A stretch of DNA of 64,000 nt from Octopus bimaculoides. Taxonomy: Eukaryota. The notes under the pieces are model-generated. The model did not search any database, was not told the DNA's origin, and worked only from the letters and a program-made list of their open reading frames with translations. A program made the position numbers and the translations under genes. Below, one piece after another: positions 63,199 through 64,000 of the stretch. The stretch is taken from the NCBI RefSeq assembly GCF_001194135.2, contig NC_068982.1, positions 27,821,941-27,885,940 on the forward strand. The letters are read 5' to 3'. Within the stretch, counting starts at the first letter, position 1. The number at the start of each line of letters is the position of its first letter.

Positions 63199-63430
63199 AT
63201 CATAGGTGCAAGAGTAGCTGTGTGGTAAGAAGCTTGCTTCCCAACCACATGGTTCCGGGTTCAGTCTCATTGCGTGTGGCACCTTGGGCAAGTGTCTTCT
63301 ACTACAGCTTCGGGCCCGAGGCTATAGTAGAAGACACTTGCCCAAGGTGCCACACACAATGAGACTGAACCCGGAACCATGTGGTTGGGAAGCAAGCTTC
63401 TTACCACACAGCTACTCTTGCACCTATGAT
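63199..63430. repeat. Zero-spacer palindrome of a SINE 5' half (116-bp arms, 3 mismatches)
   Basis: Symmetry centre CGGG|CCCG at 63314/63315; arms compared base by base. Confidence 0.93.
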
Positions 63431-64000
63431 TATGTTGATTTTATTTTTCATCTCTCTCGGAGAAACTGATGTTATAAAACATAGAAATATCAAGTTAGTG
63501 CATTTAAAAAAATGTTTAACAATAATTAGCACAATTCAGTTGCATGATGTACAGTGTAGCACAACAGCAACAAGACAAGAAACTGACTGAAATTTGAAGT
63601 ATGGTAGCCTGGATATAGTGAAGATACATATGCAAAATATCTAAAGGTAGGGGGTTACTAGGCAGAATCAAAGTATTGGAGAGAATACCTCACTATATAT
63701 GTTCTGATTCTCACAGCTAAGTCCTGCTGAGGTTAATTTTGCCTTTCCTCATCTCAAAGGTCAATAAAAAGATAAAAAAAGTACCAGCCCAGGGTGCTGG
63801 ATTAGCAGAACTGTTAGAGAATTGTATAAGATGTCTTGCAATATCAGTTTTGGTTCTTTGCATTCTGACAGCAACACCTTAAATGAGGCAATTGGCATCA
63901 CTGGTGCCAAGCTATATCAGCCAAAGTTAGCATTCTTTACCCTGGATAATAATGGTGGAATGGAGCAGGGACAGGGGAAACTTGTTTGTAAGGGGAACTG

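Noticed and set aside
63004-63590. Apparently duplicated ORFs (PKVPH.MRLNPEPCGWEAS...)
   Set aside because: Mirror translations of the SINE palindrome and the gap, not genes.

Overview
AT-rich animal genomic DNA, most likely a coleoid cephalopod (Octopus-like). The taxon is inferred from the SINE/LINE repertoire and microsatellite load, not verified. The whole window lies inside one minus-strand gene, an IQGAP (IQGAP1/2/3-like scaffold). I could place seven consecutive coding exons, all with canonical AG/GT ends and mutually compatible phases: 60791-60635, 45790-45713, 41004-40928, 22815-22748, 20282-20191, a 22-nt micro-exon at 18290-18269, and 12583-12405. Together they give 673 nt encoding the calponin-homology domain and the first IQGAP repeat. 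The 5' exons and the rest of the gene lie outside the window. The introns (1.9-18 kb) are filled with decayed mobile DNA: a Helitron, mariner derivatives and MITEs, piggyBac/hAT/Tigger-type MITEs, CR1/L2/RTE LINE fragments and several tRNA-derived SINE families. Main leads: (1) a ~342-bp tandem-plus-inverted unit carrying a hammerhead-ribozyme-like core (Penelope/retrozyme-like); (2) a zero-spacer 232-bp SINE palindrome beside a gap; (3) the micro-exon created by an extra intron at the CH/repeat boundary, with candidate CH-only and CH-less isoform signals in that intron; (4) a speculative nested antisense ORF with a signal-peptide-like start, interrupted by one UAG. There is no CRISPR array or bona fide tRNA/rRNA gene, and most ORFs in the supplied track are spurious.
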